Below are positions 30,618-40,120 of a stretch of DNA of 64,000 bases, piece after piece. Within the stretch, counting starts at the first letter, position 1; the number at the start of each line of letters is the position of its first letter. This DNA comes from Candidatus Bathyarchaeota archaeon (GTDB taxonomy: Archaea > Thermoproteota > Bathyarchaeia > Bathyarchaeales > Bathycorpusculaceae): the NCBI GenBank assembly GCA_963715865.1, contig OY970280.1, forward strand, positions 384,001-448,000, written 5' to 3'. Both the position numbers and the translations under genes were made by a program. The notes beneath the pieces were generated by a model, which saw nothing but the letters and a program-made list of their open reading frames with translations, was not told the DNA's origin and ran no database searches.

Positions 30618-31509
30618 GTTTGTTGCTTTCGTTGCTGAGAAATCAGGTATTGAAAAGCTAAGCTTGATAGAAAAAGACTTGACGATTCACAGAATGCTGA
30701 AAGACCTATATGATTCGAGGCATTTTGCTGAAAACTACCTCTTTAAGGGAGGCAGTTGTTTAGTCAAATGCTACTTCGGCTATTATCGATTCAGCGTTGA
30801 CTTAGATTTTACTTGGCAAGATCAAAAAGCGTGGCTAAACCTGGGAAAATACCAACTGAGAAGGCGCCTCCTTGAAGAAATAAGGAACATGGGCGCGTTA
30901 CTAGAAAATGCAGCTCAAGATATTGGTTTAGACTTTAAGAATGAACTGGAAAATGCAAAGTACTTTGAATTTGGCGGCGGCTGCAAAATGGTAACTTGTA
31001 AATTATGGAATAATACTGAGTTAACAAAAATACAAGTGAATTTCACCGATGAAATATTATTTCAACCCAAGATAGCCACTGTTAAGACATTATTAGAGAA
31101 CATTCCACTTTCAAAAGATGATACTGCCTATTTCAGGGAACAGTTAAGTTTTTACAAAACCTTCGCGGTGCAGGCATATGATGAAAAAGAAATTCTCTGC
31201 GAAAAAGTAAGGGCAGTACTCACGAGACGCGCGCGGAAATTGCGCGATTTCTATGATTTGTATATGCTTGAAAAATCAGGTTACAAAATCGAGGAACTGA
31301 GAGAACAAATTGTGGCAAAGGTAAACGCATGTCTGAACTACAAAAGGTATCGCGCAAATTTAGAGAGGAACATAAAATCGTTTGAATTATCACCCGTTTT
31401 GGAAGAGCCATTTGAAAGAGAACTATTTGTGGTTCAGCCGCCAAAGGATTTTGACTCCTTTCTCAAACGAGTACCCGATAGATTAGCCGACATTATGAAC
31501 GGAGTCTAA
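30604..31509 (+). CDS. Nucleotidyltransferase toxin, AbiEii/AbiGii family
   Basis: IEKD, FKGGSCL, YRFSVDLDF, EKVRA, RDFYDL. The frame is open back to 30586, so a CTG start at 30601/30604 after GGTGG is likely; the ORF track starts at 30664. Confidence 0.88.
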   Translation: MDLSEFVAFVAEKSGIEKLSLIEKDLTIHRMLKDLYDSRHFAENYLFKGGSCLVKCYFGYYRFSVDLDFTWQDQKAWLNLGKYQLRRRLLEEIRNMGALLENAAQDIGLDFKNELENAKYFEFGGGCKMVTCKLWNNTELTKIQVNFTDEILFQPKIATVKTLLENIPLSKDDTAYFREQLSFYKTFAVQAYDEKEILCEKVRAVLTRRARKLRDFYDLYMLEKSGYKIEELREQIVAKVNACLNYKRYRANLERNIKSFELSPVLEEPFERELFVVQPPKDFDSFLKRVPDRLADIMNGV

Positions 31510-31863
31510 ATCGATCCACACCAAAATTGGTTAAGACATCTTTCTTATAGCAGGGACCATAAAACTGTTTTTTGTGCATCGGAAAGTTTTGACTACATTG
31601 ATGCATGGAAAATCCCAAGTAACGGGAATTGAAAGTGACCGAAGCTATTGGGCTATGCTGGGACCTATGGAAGGGCGGCAGGCTACAGGGCAGGCCCTCG
31701 TGTATGGTGAGAGCGAACCTGCGTTTTTTCTCCTGCGGATGAAGAGGTGAAACCGGCGGAGGCGCCATTCTACGCGCGGATCGTTTCCCCTGCATCGCGT
31801 GTAGCCTAGCGCGGTTAGGGCTGCGTACAGGGTTTCCTCGTCTGCTCGGAAGTCTTTTCTCAT
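31493..31863 (-). pseudogene. Possible frameshifted small gene remnant
   Basis: GC-richer patch; ORFs 31645-31863 and 31493-31795 could join across an A6 run. Confidence 0.25.
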
Positions 31864-31908
31864 TTCGGCTCTATCTAATGCTGTTTTGAATAAAAAGGGT
31901 TTGTGCGC

Positions 31909-32208
31909 TTAGGCTTCTCGAAGCTGCTTGTTGAAGTAGCGTTGGAGCAGTATGCCTACGGGAAGGGCGACTAGAATCATAACCATTATTAGGGCAACAA
32001 TAAAAATCCAACCTCCTGGTAATGGTAACAAGAACCACATGATCACGCAGAGGAAGATTATCGTGGGTGCATTCAAGGCTAAGTATTTAACTTTCGCAAA
32101 ACGCGCAAAACGCGATGATACAGTCAGCTTGTCGGCAAAAACTGGACGGAACACTTCCTCGTACTCGCTGAATTGAGTTTTTTCCTGGCCTGCAAGTCCG
32201 TTAGACAA
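31909..32208 (-). CDS. Small two-TM membrane protein
   Basis: 99 aa ORF with two hydrophobic helices. Confidence 0.5.
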   Translation of the reverse strand: MSNGLAGQEKTQFSEYEEVFRPVFADKLTVSSRFARFAKVKYLALNAPTIIFLCVIMWFLLPLPGGWIFIVALIMVMILVALPVGILLQRYFNKQLREA

Positions 32209-32284
32209 CCAGTGAATCTTTCTTGCGGACGTGATTATGCTGATGGATGCGCTTCTTCTCCCGAGTTTCTTTAGCTTAACCTTC

Positions 32285-32860
32285 TCAATCGCAGAGACGG
32301 GTATGGCGTAGTTGTCTTGGCTGGCGTTCAGGAGCTGTTATTAGTGGTGTTGGGGAGATAAAACTTTTGCCAGCCAAGTAACCAATCAAGCCACCTGCAA
32401 GGGGTAATACTATAATGGCAAGAACTAAAAATCCTAAGCTTCCAATGGCTGCGATAATCTGATTAGCAAACAGTAAAGTGACTCCGAAAAAACCGACTGC
32501 AAATCCTAACCCAATGCCAAGTACAACATAGTCTATTCTTTTGCGTAAAACCATATCCGCTCGATTAAGCAGCCGCACTATTACAATCAAGATTATTAAG
32601 CCGTCCACTATTCCAGTGAGCCCAGTGAGCACTATTCCAGTGAGCCCAGTGAGCACTATTCCAGTGAGACCATAGCCCAGTATGGTACTATCGATGTAAC
32701 CAAGTTTTAATATTAATAGTATTGCCCTTGTTGAAAGGAGGTAAGATAGGGCTAAGCTAATCCAAAAGCGCTTATTGAATTTGAATTTTAAACTAGTTTT
32801 GTCTTCGCTTTTCATTATTGTCACGGACAATATTAACACCCTCTTAATTATTTTTCTCAC
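32285..32860 (-). CDS. Multi-TM hypothetical membrane protein
   Basis: Hydrophobic ORF with about 4 TMs and an internal 8-aa repeat. Confidence 0.55.
   Translation of the reverse strand: MRKIIKRVLILSVTIMKSEDKTSLKFKFNKRFWISLALSYLLSTRAILLILKLGYIDSTILGYGLTGIVLTGLTGIVLTGLTGIVDGLIILIVIVRLLNRADMVLRKRIDYVVLGIGLGFAVGFFGVTLLFANQIIAAIGSLGFLVLAIIVLPLAGGLIGYLAGKSFISPTPLITAPERQPRQLRHTRLCD
32606..32668. repeat. 24-bp tandem repeat, about 2.6 copies
   Basis: CACTATTCCAGTGAGCCCAGTGAG twice plus 15 nt; encodes (LTGLTGIV)n. Confidence 0.9.
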
Positions 32861-32932
32861 TTGTTTTTATGCTTTATGTCGATTTTCATACTTTGAAAGG
32901 GTTCCAAAAAAAGGGGGAAAAGATTGTTTTGC

Positions 32933-33079
32933 TCAAGGAGTTACTTTGACTGAATCTATAAGCAGATTGGCGCTCATTCCGTTGTCGTCTATGGCGACGA
33001 CAGCGATGTACCTAAAAGCGCTTCCATAATACCCGCAGTCAATCCACCCTGCTGAGCTTGGATAAACTGTTTGAACAGC
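32933..33079 (-). pseudogene. C-terminal fragment of a secreted/surface-type protein
   Basis: AVQTVYPSSAGWIDCGYYGSAFRYIAVVAIDDNGMSANLLIDSVKVTP* follows an in-frame stop and has no start codon. Confidence 0.35.
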
Positions 33080-33130
33080 TTATTTGCGGAAATCAAGCAA
33101 GATTATTCTTCTCAAAGCATAAGTTGTATT

Positions 33131-33208
33131 TGGCGGGCCCGACGGGAATTGAACCCGCGGCCTACGGATTAAGAGTCCGCCGCTCTGGCCTGACTGAGCT
33201 ACGGGCCC
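33131..33208 (-). tRNA. tRNA-Lys (anticodon CTT), CCA encoded, no intron
   Basis: GGGCCCG acceptor stem, TAGCTCAG D-arm, GCGGA-CTCTTAA-TCCGT anticodon arm, GGTTCAATTCC T-arm, GCCA end. Confidence 0.96.
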
Positions 33209-33334
33209 GCATAAAGGCTTCTTTTGAAAAAGGTTCCACTGAATAATATAGAGCTTGCGGTTTTGTTGTTGCATCTTGATGCAGTGAAAAACTAATAACA
33301 AAGCAGCCCTTTAATTTTTTATGGAGCAGTTTTT

Positions 33335-33622
33335 ATGGTAAACTCTTTGGGCGAAGTTTTCATTCTAAAAACTACGGATAGAGCAACAGGCGTTCCTGCA
33401 CTGCTCAACAAGTTTGGCTTAGGCGATTATTCTGGGAAGCAGGTGGCTTTGAAGGCTAATTTTAACAGTGCTGACCTGTTTCCAGCATCAACCTACCTTG
33501 ACACCTTAAGAACCATAGTGCAAACCCTAAAAAACGCAGGTGCAAGTAGCATAACTTTGGCTGAACGAAGCGGCATGGGCGACACAGAGCAGGTTCTTAA
33601 AGCGCAGGTTGCTATGCATTAA
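33335..33622 (+). pseudogene. Truncated DUF362-family gene (N-terminal third only)
   Basis: VALKANFNSAD.FPAST..DTL...AERSGMG; ends at 95 aa where it meets the convergent GDPD gene. Confidence 0.65.
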
Positions 33623-34286
33623 CACGCATGAGTATGTCTGGCTTATCGCTGGCTATGCCGTCCACGCCTTTCGCAGCGTATTCTTCTACTTCTTCTGGTT
33701 TGTTTATGGTCCAAACTATCACTTTTAAACCGTTCTGGTGTGCTTTCTGAACATTAGCCGTATGCGTGAACCTATAGAAAGCAAGAAGATAGTTCGCTTT
33801 CAACTCTAACGCTGCTTTCACTGGATTCTTATGCTTAGCGTAAATCAACCCAATCTCAATGCCCTTATCTAGTTCTCTAACTTTCTTCAACGCATCTTCA
33901 AGAAAAGAAACGATTACAACACTCTTCCCTAATCCTCGCTCGTTCACTTTCGAGAGCACTTGCTCCTCAACGCCCGCTTCCTTCAACTCAATAAACACCT
34001 TCACTTTCTTATCCAAAAAATCAAGCGCTTCCTGCAAAGTCGGAATTTTCTCGCCTCCCGCGGCAGAAAAACCTTTGATTTCTTTAAGCGTAAGCTCACT
34101 TACCAAGCCTTCGCCATTGGTTGTCCGCTTAACATCTGCATCATGAATAACGACAAGTTGGTTGTCTTTGGTCTTTCTAACGTCTAACTCAACCGCATCT
34201 ACGCCGATTTCCATGGCTTTCTTAAAACTCATCAACGTATTCTCAGGAGCATAAGCCCTGGCGCCCCTATGACCAACACGCAACAT
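33612..34286 (-). CDS. Glycerophosphodiester phosphodiesterase
   Basis: GHRGA, ENTL, VELDV, HD, IELK, VWTIN, DGIASD. Start is ATG 34286. Confidence 0.93.
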   Translation of the reverse strand: MLRVGHRGARAYAPENTLMSFKKAMEIGVDAVELDVRKTKDNQLVVIHDADVKRTTNGEGLVSELTLKEIKGFSAAGGEKIPTLQEALDFLDKKVKVFIELKEAGVEEQVLSKVNERGLGKSVVIVSFLEDALKKVRELDKGIEIGLIYAKHKNPVKAALELKANYLLAFYRFTHTANVQKAHQNGLKVIVWTINKPEEVEEYAAKGVDGIASDKPDILMRVNA

Positions 34287-34767
34287 AATAAACTGTTTCT
34301 TCAACAAAGAATAATACTTTGTGCAAGTTTCCTCTGCTCAAAGCATTCACAGGCACTTAATAGTTATAACTTTGGCATTAGGCTTGACTTTGACTATACT
34401 ACTGTAGAACTGCCAGCTGGATTGTTTGAACAAAACTTTTACGCGATCGAACATATGTCACTAGCTTTTTAATCTCCGCCAACCGTTCACTTAGGAAAAC
34501 TGACTTTATCATAAACGCGTCAGAAGCAAGCTCAATAGTCATCACTTTAGCGCTCGGCTTCACTATCACTATACTAGAGTAGGCTATTCAACAGGCTCAA
34601 TAGTTGCGACTATTGCGCCGCGATTAGTTGCAACTAAAAAATCTAGGCTGAATCTTCGATTGTAGTTCTGACAATTTTTAATAGCTACCTAGCTAACATT
34701 ATTTTACGAATCGAATCGAATGCTTATATAGATTCGAGACCCACTCAAACGTTGAGTGCGGTGACCG

Positions 34768-35229
34768 ATGCCTTTTCAAGAAAAAATCGTTCTAAACCCA
34801 ATCGGTTATGTTAAAACTGAAGCGGTTGGCGATGAAGTTAAAGACAAATCCAGAACCTCGCAAATCGTCCTTCGTGATAATTTGGTTGAAGCTTTAGACG
34901 GCATCACGGGTTTTTCGCATTTGTTTGTTCTGTTCTGGCTGAGTCAAATCCAAGATGAGCAACGAATGATTATGAAGGTTCATCCTAGAGGCAGAATGGA
35001 CATGCCTCTGCTTGGAGTTTTCGCTACCAGAACCAACCTTCGCCCAAACCCCATAGGACTAACATTAGTTGAGCTGTTAAAAGTTGAAGGCAACACCTTG
35101 ACTGTCCGCGGTCTTGACGCTTTCGACGGCACACCAATCTTGGATATTAAGCCCTTTGATTCTTGGGACACCGCTAAAAACGCCAGAGTTCCTGATTGGT
35201 GGATTAAGCTGAACGAGAAAAAACCGTAA
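34768..35229 (+). CDS. trmO: tRNA (t6A37) N6-methyltransferase TrmO/TsaA
   Basis: PIGYV, GVFATR...RPNPIGL, GLDAFDGTPILDIKP. Confidence 0.9.
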   Translation: MPFQEKIVLNPIGYVKTEAVGDEVKDKSRTSQIVLRDNLVEALDGITGFSHLFVLFWLSQIQDEQRMIMKVHPRGRMDMPLLGVFATRTNLRPNPIGLTLVELLKVEGNTLTVRGLDAFDGTPILDIKPFDSWDTAKNARVPDWWIKLNEKKP

Positions 35230-35233
35230 AGGC

Positions 35234-35773
35234 TTATAGCAATTCTTGGATGCCGTATTTTGCGTCAAGCACTTCCAAGAGTTCTTTTCTAAGATCTTCA
35301 CCCTTTAAACCACCCGCCCTAATGCCTCCAATTTCGTTGGCAAGAGCTGCATCTTTGCAAGCCTCTTTTAGCCAATTTTCAAAGTCGCCCCTGTAAAGGT
35401 GAAATTCAACTGAGTCTATTCTGACCTGTTTGATAAACTTGTAAAATTCTTCAAGCGTCTGTGCAGTTAAGTTTGTGGGCTGATTAATGTCGTAGTAAAA
35501 GTGGAAACCCATTTCTTTCGGAACTGGCATGAACGCTTTAAGGGATGCTTTTCCTTTTTCAGTTATGCCATATCCGCCGCCGACTCTTTGCAAAAAGCCC
35601 TTTTTTGCTAATTCTTGGATTTGCTGTATTGTTTGGTTTGGGTTTAAATTGACTTTTTGAGCAAACATGTTCAGGTCCATGCGGTTTGTGGCTTCACTTA
35701 TCGTTTTTAAAACTTTAAATTGTTCTTCTTTCAACAACCTTCCCTCAAGTGTTCGGTTACTCAACCATTCCAA
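35234..35773 (-). CDS. wHTH + DUF5752-like domain protein
   Basis: N-terminal winged helix; C-terminal FHFY...LEEF...SVEFHLYRGDFENW. Confidence 0.65.
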   Translation of the reverse strand: MEWLSNRTLEGRLLKEEQFKVLKTISEATNRMDLNMFAQKVNLNPNQTIQQIQELAKKGFLQRVGGGYGITEKGKASLKAFMPVPKEMGFHFYYDINQPTNLTAQTLEEFYKFIKQVRIDSVEFHLYRGDFENWLKEACKDAALANEIGGIRAGGLKGEDLRKELLEVLDAKYGIQELL

Positions 35774-35892
35774 TTAATACTTATCTAGGGAAATTTAAAT
35801 GTCTTAACCACCACTTAGCTAAAGAAAGGCAACCGTCAAGTTAATAGCAAGTTTTTTTATTCCCAAAACTAAACATTACTCGGTGAAAGCCA

Positions 35893-36216
35893 TTGAAGAA
35901 CAGTTACATCATCATATTAGTTACCAGCAAAGATAAGCAGGAAGCAGAAAAAATAACGCAGTCGCTTTTGAAGGAACATTTGATTGCTTGCGCAAACATC
36001 GTTAATCCAGTCACATCATTTTTTCATTGGTCTGGCAAAATCGACAGGGCTGAGGAATGCTTAATCGTTATGAAATCACGCATGGACCTGTTTACTCAAG
36101 TTGCTGAGCGCGTGAAGGGCTTGCATAGTTATGAGATTCCAGAGATTCTTGCGCTTCCGATTGTTGAGGGCTCGAAGGCTTATTTGGATTGGATGAGTAG
36201 TGTGCTCAAGCCTTAA
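35893..36216 (+). CDS. cutA: Divalent-cation tolerance protein CutA
   Basis: LIACANI, SFFHW.G, HSYEIPEI, YLDW. Confidence 0.93.
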   Translation: MKNSYIIILVTSKDKQEAEKITQSLLKEHLIACANIVNPVTSFFHWSGKIDRAEECLIVMKSRMDLFTQVAERVKGLHSYEIPEILALPIVEGSKAYLDWMSSVLKP

Positions 36217-36289
36217 GTACATTTTTGTACCGATAAGCCTTAAATAGTACATTGGCGTATGCTTCTGAACCATACGGAGAATAAACAAA

Positions 36290-36340
36290 ATGGGGAATCG
36301 CCTTTGGTTCACAAGCATTAACCGAAACCAAACCAGCTAA
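36290..36340 (+). promoter_or_regulatory. 16-codon Trp-containing leader ORF ([16 protein letters not shown]) overlapping the trpE frame
   Basis: ATG 36290 lies 9 nt after GGAGA; CTT TGG at 36302-36307; stop TAA at 36338-36340. Confidence 0.5.
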
Positions 36341-37706
36341 CCCCCTAAAAATCAAAAAAATCACAATCACACAACAACCCCTCGAAATATTCTCAAAACT
36401 CCAAAAACAATACCAAACAACCTACCTTTTAGAATCCATCGAAGGACCAAAAAAACTCGCACAATACTCATTCATCGGATTCGACCCAAAAATAACCATC
36501 CAAGCTAAAAACAAAAAAGCCCAAATCAAAAACGAGAGAAACGGGGAAATAATTAAAGAGGTAACAAGCGACCCACTGCAACTTATAGAAGAACTGCTTA
36601 AAGGCGACTCTGTTCCCACTCGTAAGTTTCGATTCGTCGGCGGAGCTGTTGGCTATATTTCTTACGATGCCGTTCGTTACTGGGAGAAACTGCCCCTGAA
36701 GTGTCAAGCTGACCTTGACTTCCCTGACTTGGAGATGGGCATATTTGACGACGGCTTAATTTTCAACCACATAAAAAAACAAGCCTTCTACTACTACCGC
36801 AACGAGAACCGCTTGGCTGAAGTTGAAAACCTGCTCAGGCAACCTGTTGATTTTGACGAATTATCTTTCACTCAACCAAAAGTTAACACTAAAAAAGAAC
36901 ACTATGAACAGGCGGTAGAGAAAGCAAAAGAGTACATAACCGCAGGCGACATTTTCCAAGTTGTTCTCTCCAAACGCTACCAGTTCCAAATAAAAGGCAA
37001 CCTAATCCCATTCTACCAGTCGCTGAGAAGCATCAACCCTTCACCCTACATGTACTTCTACAAGTCAGGCGAGCGGCAAATCGTTGGCTCTAGCCCAGAA
37101 ATGCTCGTCCGAGTTGAAAACAGAAAGGTAGAAACCTTCCCAATTGCAGGCACCAAGCCAATTGCTGACAAACCAGGCGAAAACAAAAAGATAGCTAGAG
37201 AATTGCTTGATGACCCTAAAGAGCGGGCTGAACACGTTATGCTCGTTGACTTAGCACGCAACGATATCGGAAGAATTTCTAAGTTTGGAAGCGTTCACGT
37301 GCCCGAATTCATGAAGGTTCACCAGTACAGCCACGTACAACACATCGTCTCACAAGTTGTTGGCGAACTTAAAGAAAACCTTCAAAGCTACGATGCGCTA
37401 AGGGCTGTTTTTCCTGCTGGCACGGTTTCTGGAGCACCAAAAGTACGCGCCATGGAAATCATTGACGAACTGGAACCTGCAAGGCGTGGACCATATGCGG
37501 GTGCTGTAGGCTACTTCTCATACAATGGCAATGCAGACTTTGCCATAACCATCCGCACACTCTTCGCCGATAAGAACCAAGCTTACATCCAAGCTGGCGC
37601 AGGAATCGTGGCTGATTCCGTGCCTGAGCGAGAGTGGTTCGAAACTGACCATAAGGCAAAAGCTCTGATGCAGGCGCTTGAGCAGGCTGGAGGTGCAAAA
37701 CCATGA
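36290..37706 (+). CDS. trpE: Anthranilate synthase component I; start codon out of frame (frameshift required)
   Basis: The frame is open from 36285 to 37706 ([64 protein letters not shown]) with no ATG/GTG/TTG before 36729. Confidence 0.9.
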
Positions 37707-38293
37707 AGGTAGTGGTAATTGATAATTATGATTCGTTCGTTTACAACCTTGTCCAGTACATAGGTGAACTTGGCGCAGAAACCATAGTTTACAGAAACAA
37801 CCAAGTTAACCTAAAACAGTTAACCCAGCTTAAACCCGACAGAATCGTGATATCGCCAGGACCAGGCACACCTGAAGATGTCAAGTATTTTGGCGTTTGC
37901 ACATCAATTCTGCAGACTATGAGCCGAACAACGCCAACTTTAGGCGTTTGCCTAGGTCATCAAGGAATAATCAACGCGTTCGGCGGAAAAATCATCCATG
38001 CAAAAAGGCTCATGCATGGAAAGACTTGCACCATAAAACATGACCAAAAAGGCATTTTCACAGGTGTCCGTAATCCTTTCACTGCGACAAGGTATCATTC
38101 GCTTGCTGGAGAACGGTGCTCCATTCCTTCGTGCTTAGAAATTACTGCAGAATGCGTTGATGACGGAGAAATCATGGGCGTTCGCCATGTTGAGTACCCG
38201 ATTGATGGCGTACAATTTCATCCTGAATCAATTCTCTGCGAGGACGGGAAAGTTATAATTAAAAACTTCTTGGATGGCAGACGACGGCAATGA
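37703..38293 (+). CDS. trpG: Anthranilate synthase component II (glutamine amidotransferase)
   Basis: IDNYDSF, SPGPG, GVCLGHQ, RYHSL, QFHPES. Confidence 0.95.
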   Translation: MKVVVIDNYDSFVYNLVQYIGELGAETIVYRNNQVNLKQLTQLKPDRIVISPGPGTPEDVKYFGVCTSILQTMSRTTPTLGVCLGHQGIINAFGGKIIHAKRLMHGKTCTIKHDQKGIFTGVRNPFTATRYHSLAGERCSIPSCLEITAECVDDGEIMGVRHVEYPIDGVQFHPESILCEDGKVIIKNFLDGRRRQ

Positions 38294-39348
38294 TTAGGGA
38301 AGGCATCCAGAAACTCATCGAAGGCTACAGCCTAACAAGCGATGAATCAGGAGAAATAATGAGGGAAGTTATGTCGGGAAAAGCAACAAACTCGCAAACT
38401 GCCGCTTTTCTAACAGCCTTACGAATGAAGGGTGAAGCGGTTGAGGAACTCATCGCCTTTGCATCCGTTATGAGAGAGCATAGCAGCCAAATACATCCCC
38501 ACGTACATAGCCGCCTAGTCGATACTTGCGGGACAGGCGGAGACAAAATAAAAACCTTCAACGTAAGCACAGCAGCAGCCTTCGTCATTGCCGGAGCCGG
38601 CGTCGCAGTTGCTAAACATGGAAACAGGGCTGTAACCAGCAAAAGTGGAAGCGCCGACGTATTAGAAGAGCTCGGTCTTAACCTACATTTGGAACCTGAA
38701 GCAGTTGAAGGCATCATAGAAAAAGTCGGCATAGGCTTCATGTTTGCCCCAGCTTTTCACCCTGCTATGAAATTTGCCGCTGAGCCAAGACGCGAGATAG
38801 GCATTCGCACAGTATTCAACGTTCTTGGACCATTAACGAATCCAGCATGCGCTAATGCTCAACTGCTCGGCGTTTACGACCCAAAACTGATCAGCCCATT
38901 GGCTTATGCTCTAAAGCGGCTTGGATGCGAAGAAGCAATGGTTGTTCATGGATTAGACGGGCTAGACGAGATATCAACTGTAGGAAAAACAGTAATTGCG
39001 CACCTAAAGAAAGGCGAAGTAACAAAGTTAGAAACTATTCCAAGCGATTTCGGCGTAAAAAAAGCAAGAATAACTGACTTACAAATGTCAACGCCTGAGG
39101 AAAGCGCAGAAATCCTCTTTAAAATTCTAAATGGCAACGTTGCTGATGACCCGAAAGCTGAGCTTGTGCTCGTCAATAGCGCTGCAGGAATCATTGTGGG
39201 TGGGAAAGCAGAAGATTTCAAAGGCGGCATGGAAATAGCAAGAGAATCAATCGAAAGCGGAGCTGCCTACGCTAAGCTTAAGATGTTGGTTAAGGCTTCA
39301 GGCGGAAGCCTCTCAAAACTAGAGGAGTTCGAAGCGCAATATGAGTGA
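38290..39348 (+). CDS. trpD: Anthranilate phosphoribosyltransferase
   Basis: DTCGTGGD, NVST, KHGNR, SGSAD, GLDEI. Confidence 0.96.
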   Translation: MIREGIQKLIEGYSLTSDESGEIMREVMSGKATNSQTAAFLTALRMKGEAVEELIAFASVMREHSSQIHPHVHSRLVDTCGTGGDKIKTFNVSTAAAFVIAGAGVAVAKHGNRAVTSKSGSADVLEELGLNLHLEPEAVEGIIEKVGIGFMFAPAFHPAMKFAAEPRREIGIRTVFNVLGPLTNPACANAQLLGVYDPKLISPLAYALKRLGCEEAMVVHGLDGLDEISTVGKTVIAHLKKGEVTKLETIPSDFGVKKARITDLQMSTPEESAEILFKILNGNVADDPKAELVLVNSAAGIIVGGKAEDFKGGMEIARESIESGAAYAKLKMLVKASGGSLSKLEEFEAQYE

Positions 39349-40120
39349 CTTTCTGGATATGCTGGCGCATGATGCCAAAGAAACCATTAATAGCGGATAC
39401 TATGAAACGTTAAAAGCTACAGGAAGCATGCGCGTTAGTTTGAGGAAGGCAATTTTAGATAGCCAAGTTAATCCGGTCATAACTGAAATTAAAGCTGCTT
39501 CACCCTCAGCCGGTATAATCAGAAGAAACGTTAAACCAAGCATGATTGCGAAAGCCATGGAAAAAGGCGGAGCAGTTGGCATTTCAGTTCTAACTGAGCC
39601 AAAACACTTCAACGGCTCTCTAGAAGCGTTGGCTCAGGCACGAGAGGCTGTGAAACTTCCCATACTCATGAAAGACATAATCATTATTCCCGAGCAAATA
39701 GAAACTGCCTCACAATTAGGCGCCAATGCAGTCTTGCTAATTGAAGCTCTTTTTGAAAGAGGCTATTGCGAAACCAGCGTCGATAAAATGATAGCTTTTG
39801 CTCACGCAAGGGGCCTTGAGGTTTTGCTGGAAACACACACAGAAGAAGAATTCCAATCGGCTATTGAAACCAACGCTGACCTTGTTGGAATTAACAACCG
39901 AAACATCGCAACCCTAAAAATCGACTTAAGTACAACAAAGCGCATCCTTGAAAAACATAAGAATAATGGCAAAATGGTCATAAGTGAAAGCGGAATAAAC
40001 ACGCCAGCAGACATACGTTTTCTTCGTGAAAGTGGTGCATGCGCTTTCCTTGTCGGATCAGCCATCATGTTAACCGATAACATTGAAGAGAAAGTTAGGG
40101 AGTTTGTGAATGCAAAATGA
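39341..40120 (+). CDS. trpC: Indole-3-glycerol phosphate synthase
   Basis: EIK.ASPS, SVLTE, KD, GINNR, SESGI, LVGS. Confidence 0.94.
   Translation: MSDFLDMLAHDAKETINSGYYETLKATGSMRVSLRKAILDSQVNPVITEIKAASPSAGIIRRNVKPSMIAKAMEKGGAVGISVLTEPKHFNGSLEALAQAREAVKLPILMKDIIIIPEQIETASQLGANAVLLIEALFERGYCETSVDKMIAFAHARGLEVLLETHTEEEFQSAIETNADLVGINNRNIATLKIDLSTTKRILEKHKNNGKMVISESGINTPADIRFLRESGACAFLVGSAIMLTDNIEEKVREFVNAK

Larger units (their letters stand above)
29834..33160. mobile_element. Small tRNA-Lys-integrated islet (~3.3 kb), no integrase
   Basis: Bounded by the tRNA 3' end and its 30-bp duplicate; carries an AbiE TA pair, small membrane ORFs and gene fragments. Confidence 0.8.

Noticed and set aside
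32606-32668. Mini CRISPR array
   Set aside because: The repeats are contiguous, have no spacers, are in frame within a CDS, and no cas genes are present in the window.
33058-33301. ORFs 33058-33246 (+) and 33080-33301 (-)
   Set aside because: They overlap tRNA-Lys; the open frames come from the GC-rich RNA sequence.
34330-34700. Possible degraded gene between the GDPD gene and trmO
   Set aside because: Only short frames with stops and no recognisable family; not enough support to call.
36259-36321. Second upstream ORF (ATG 36259) before trpE
   Set aside because: It starts too close to the TATA-like element to be inside the transcript, has no Trp codon and no SD.
36310-36540. Strongly A/C-rich, G-poor stretch as a possible repeat or non-coding insert
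   Set aside because: It translates cleanly as the TrpE N-terminal domain, and similar A/C-skewed coding stretches occur elsewhere in the window.
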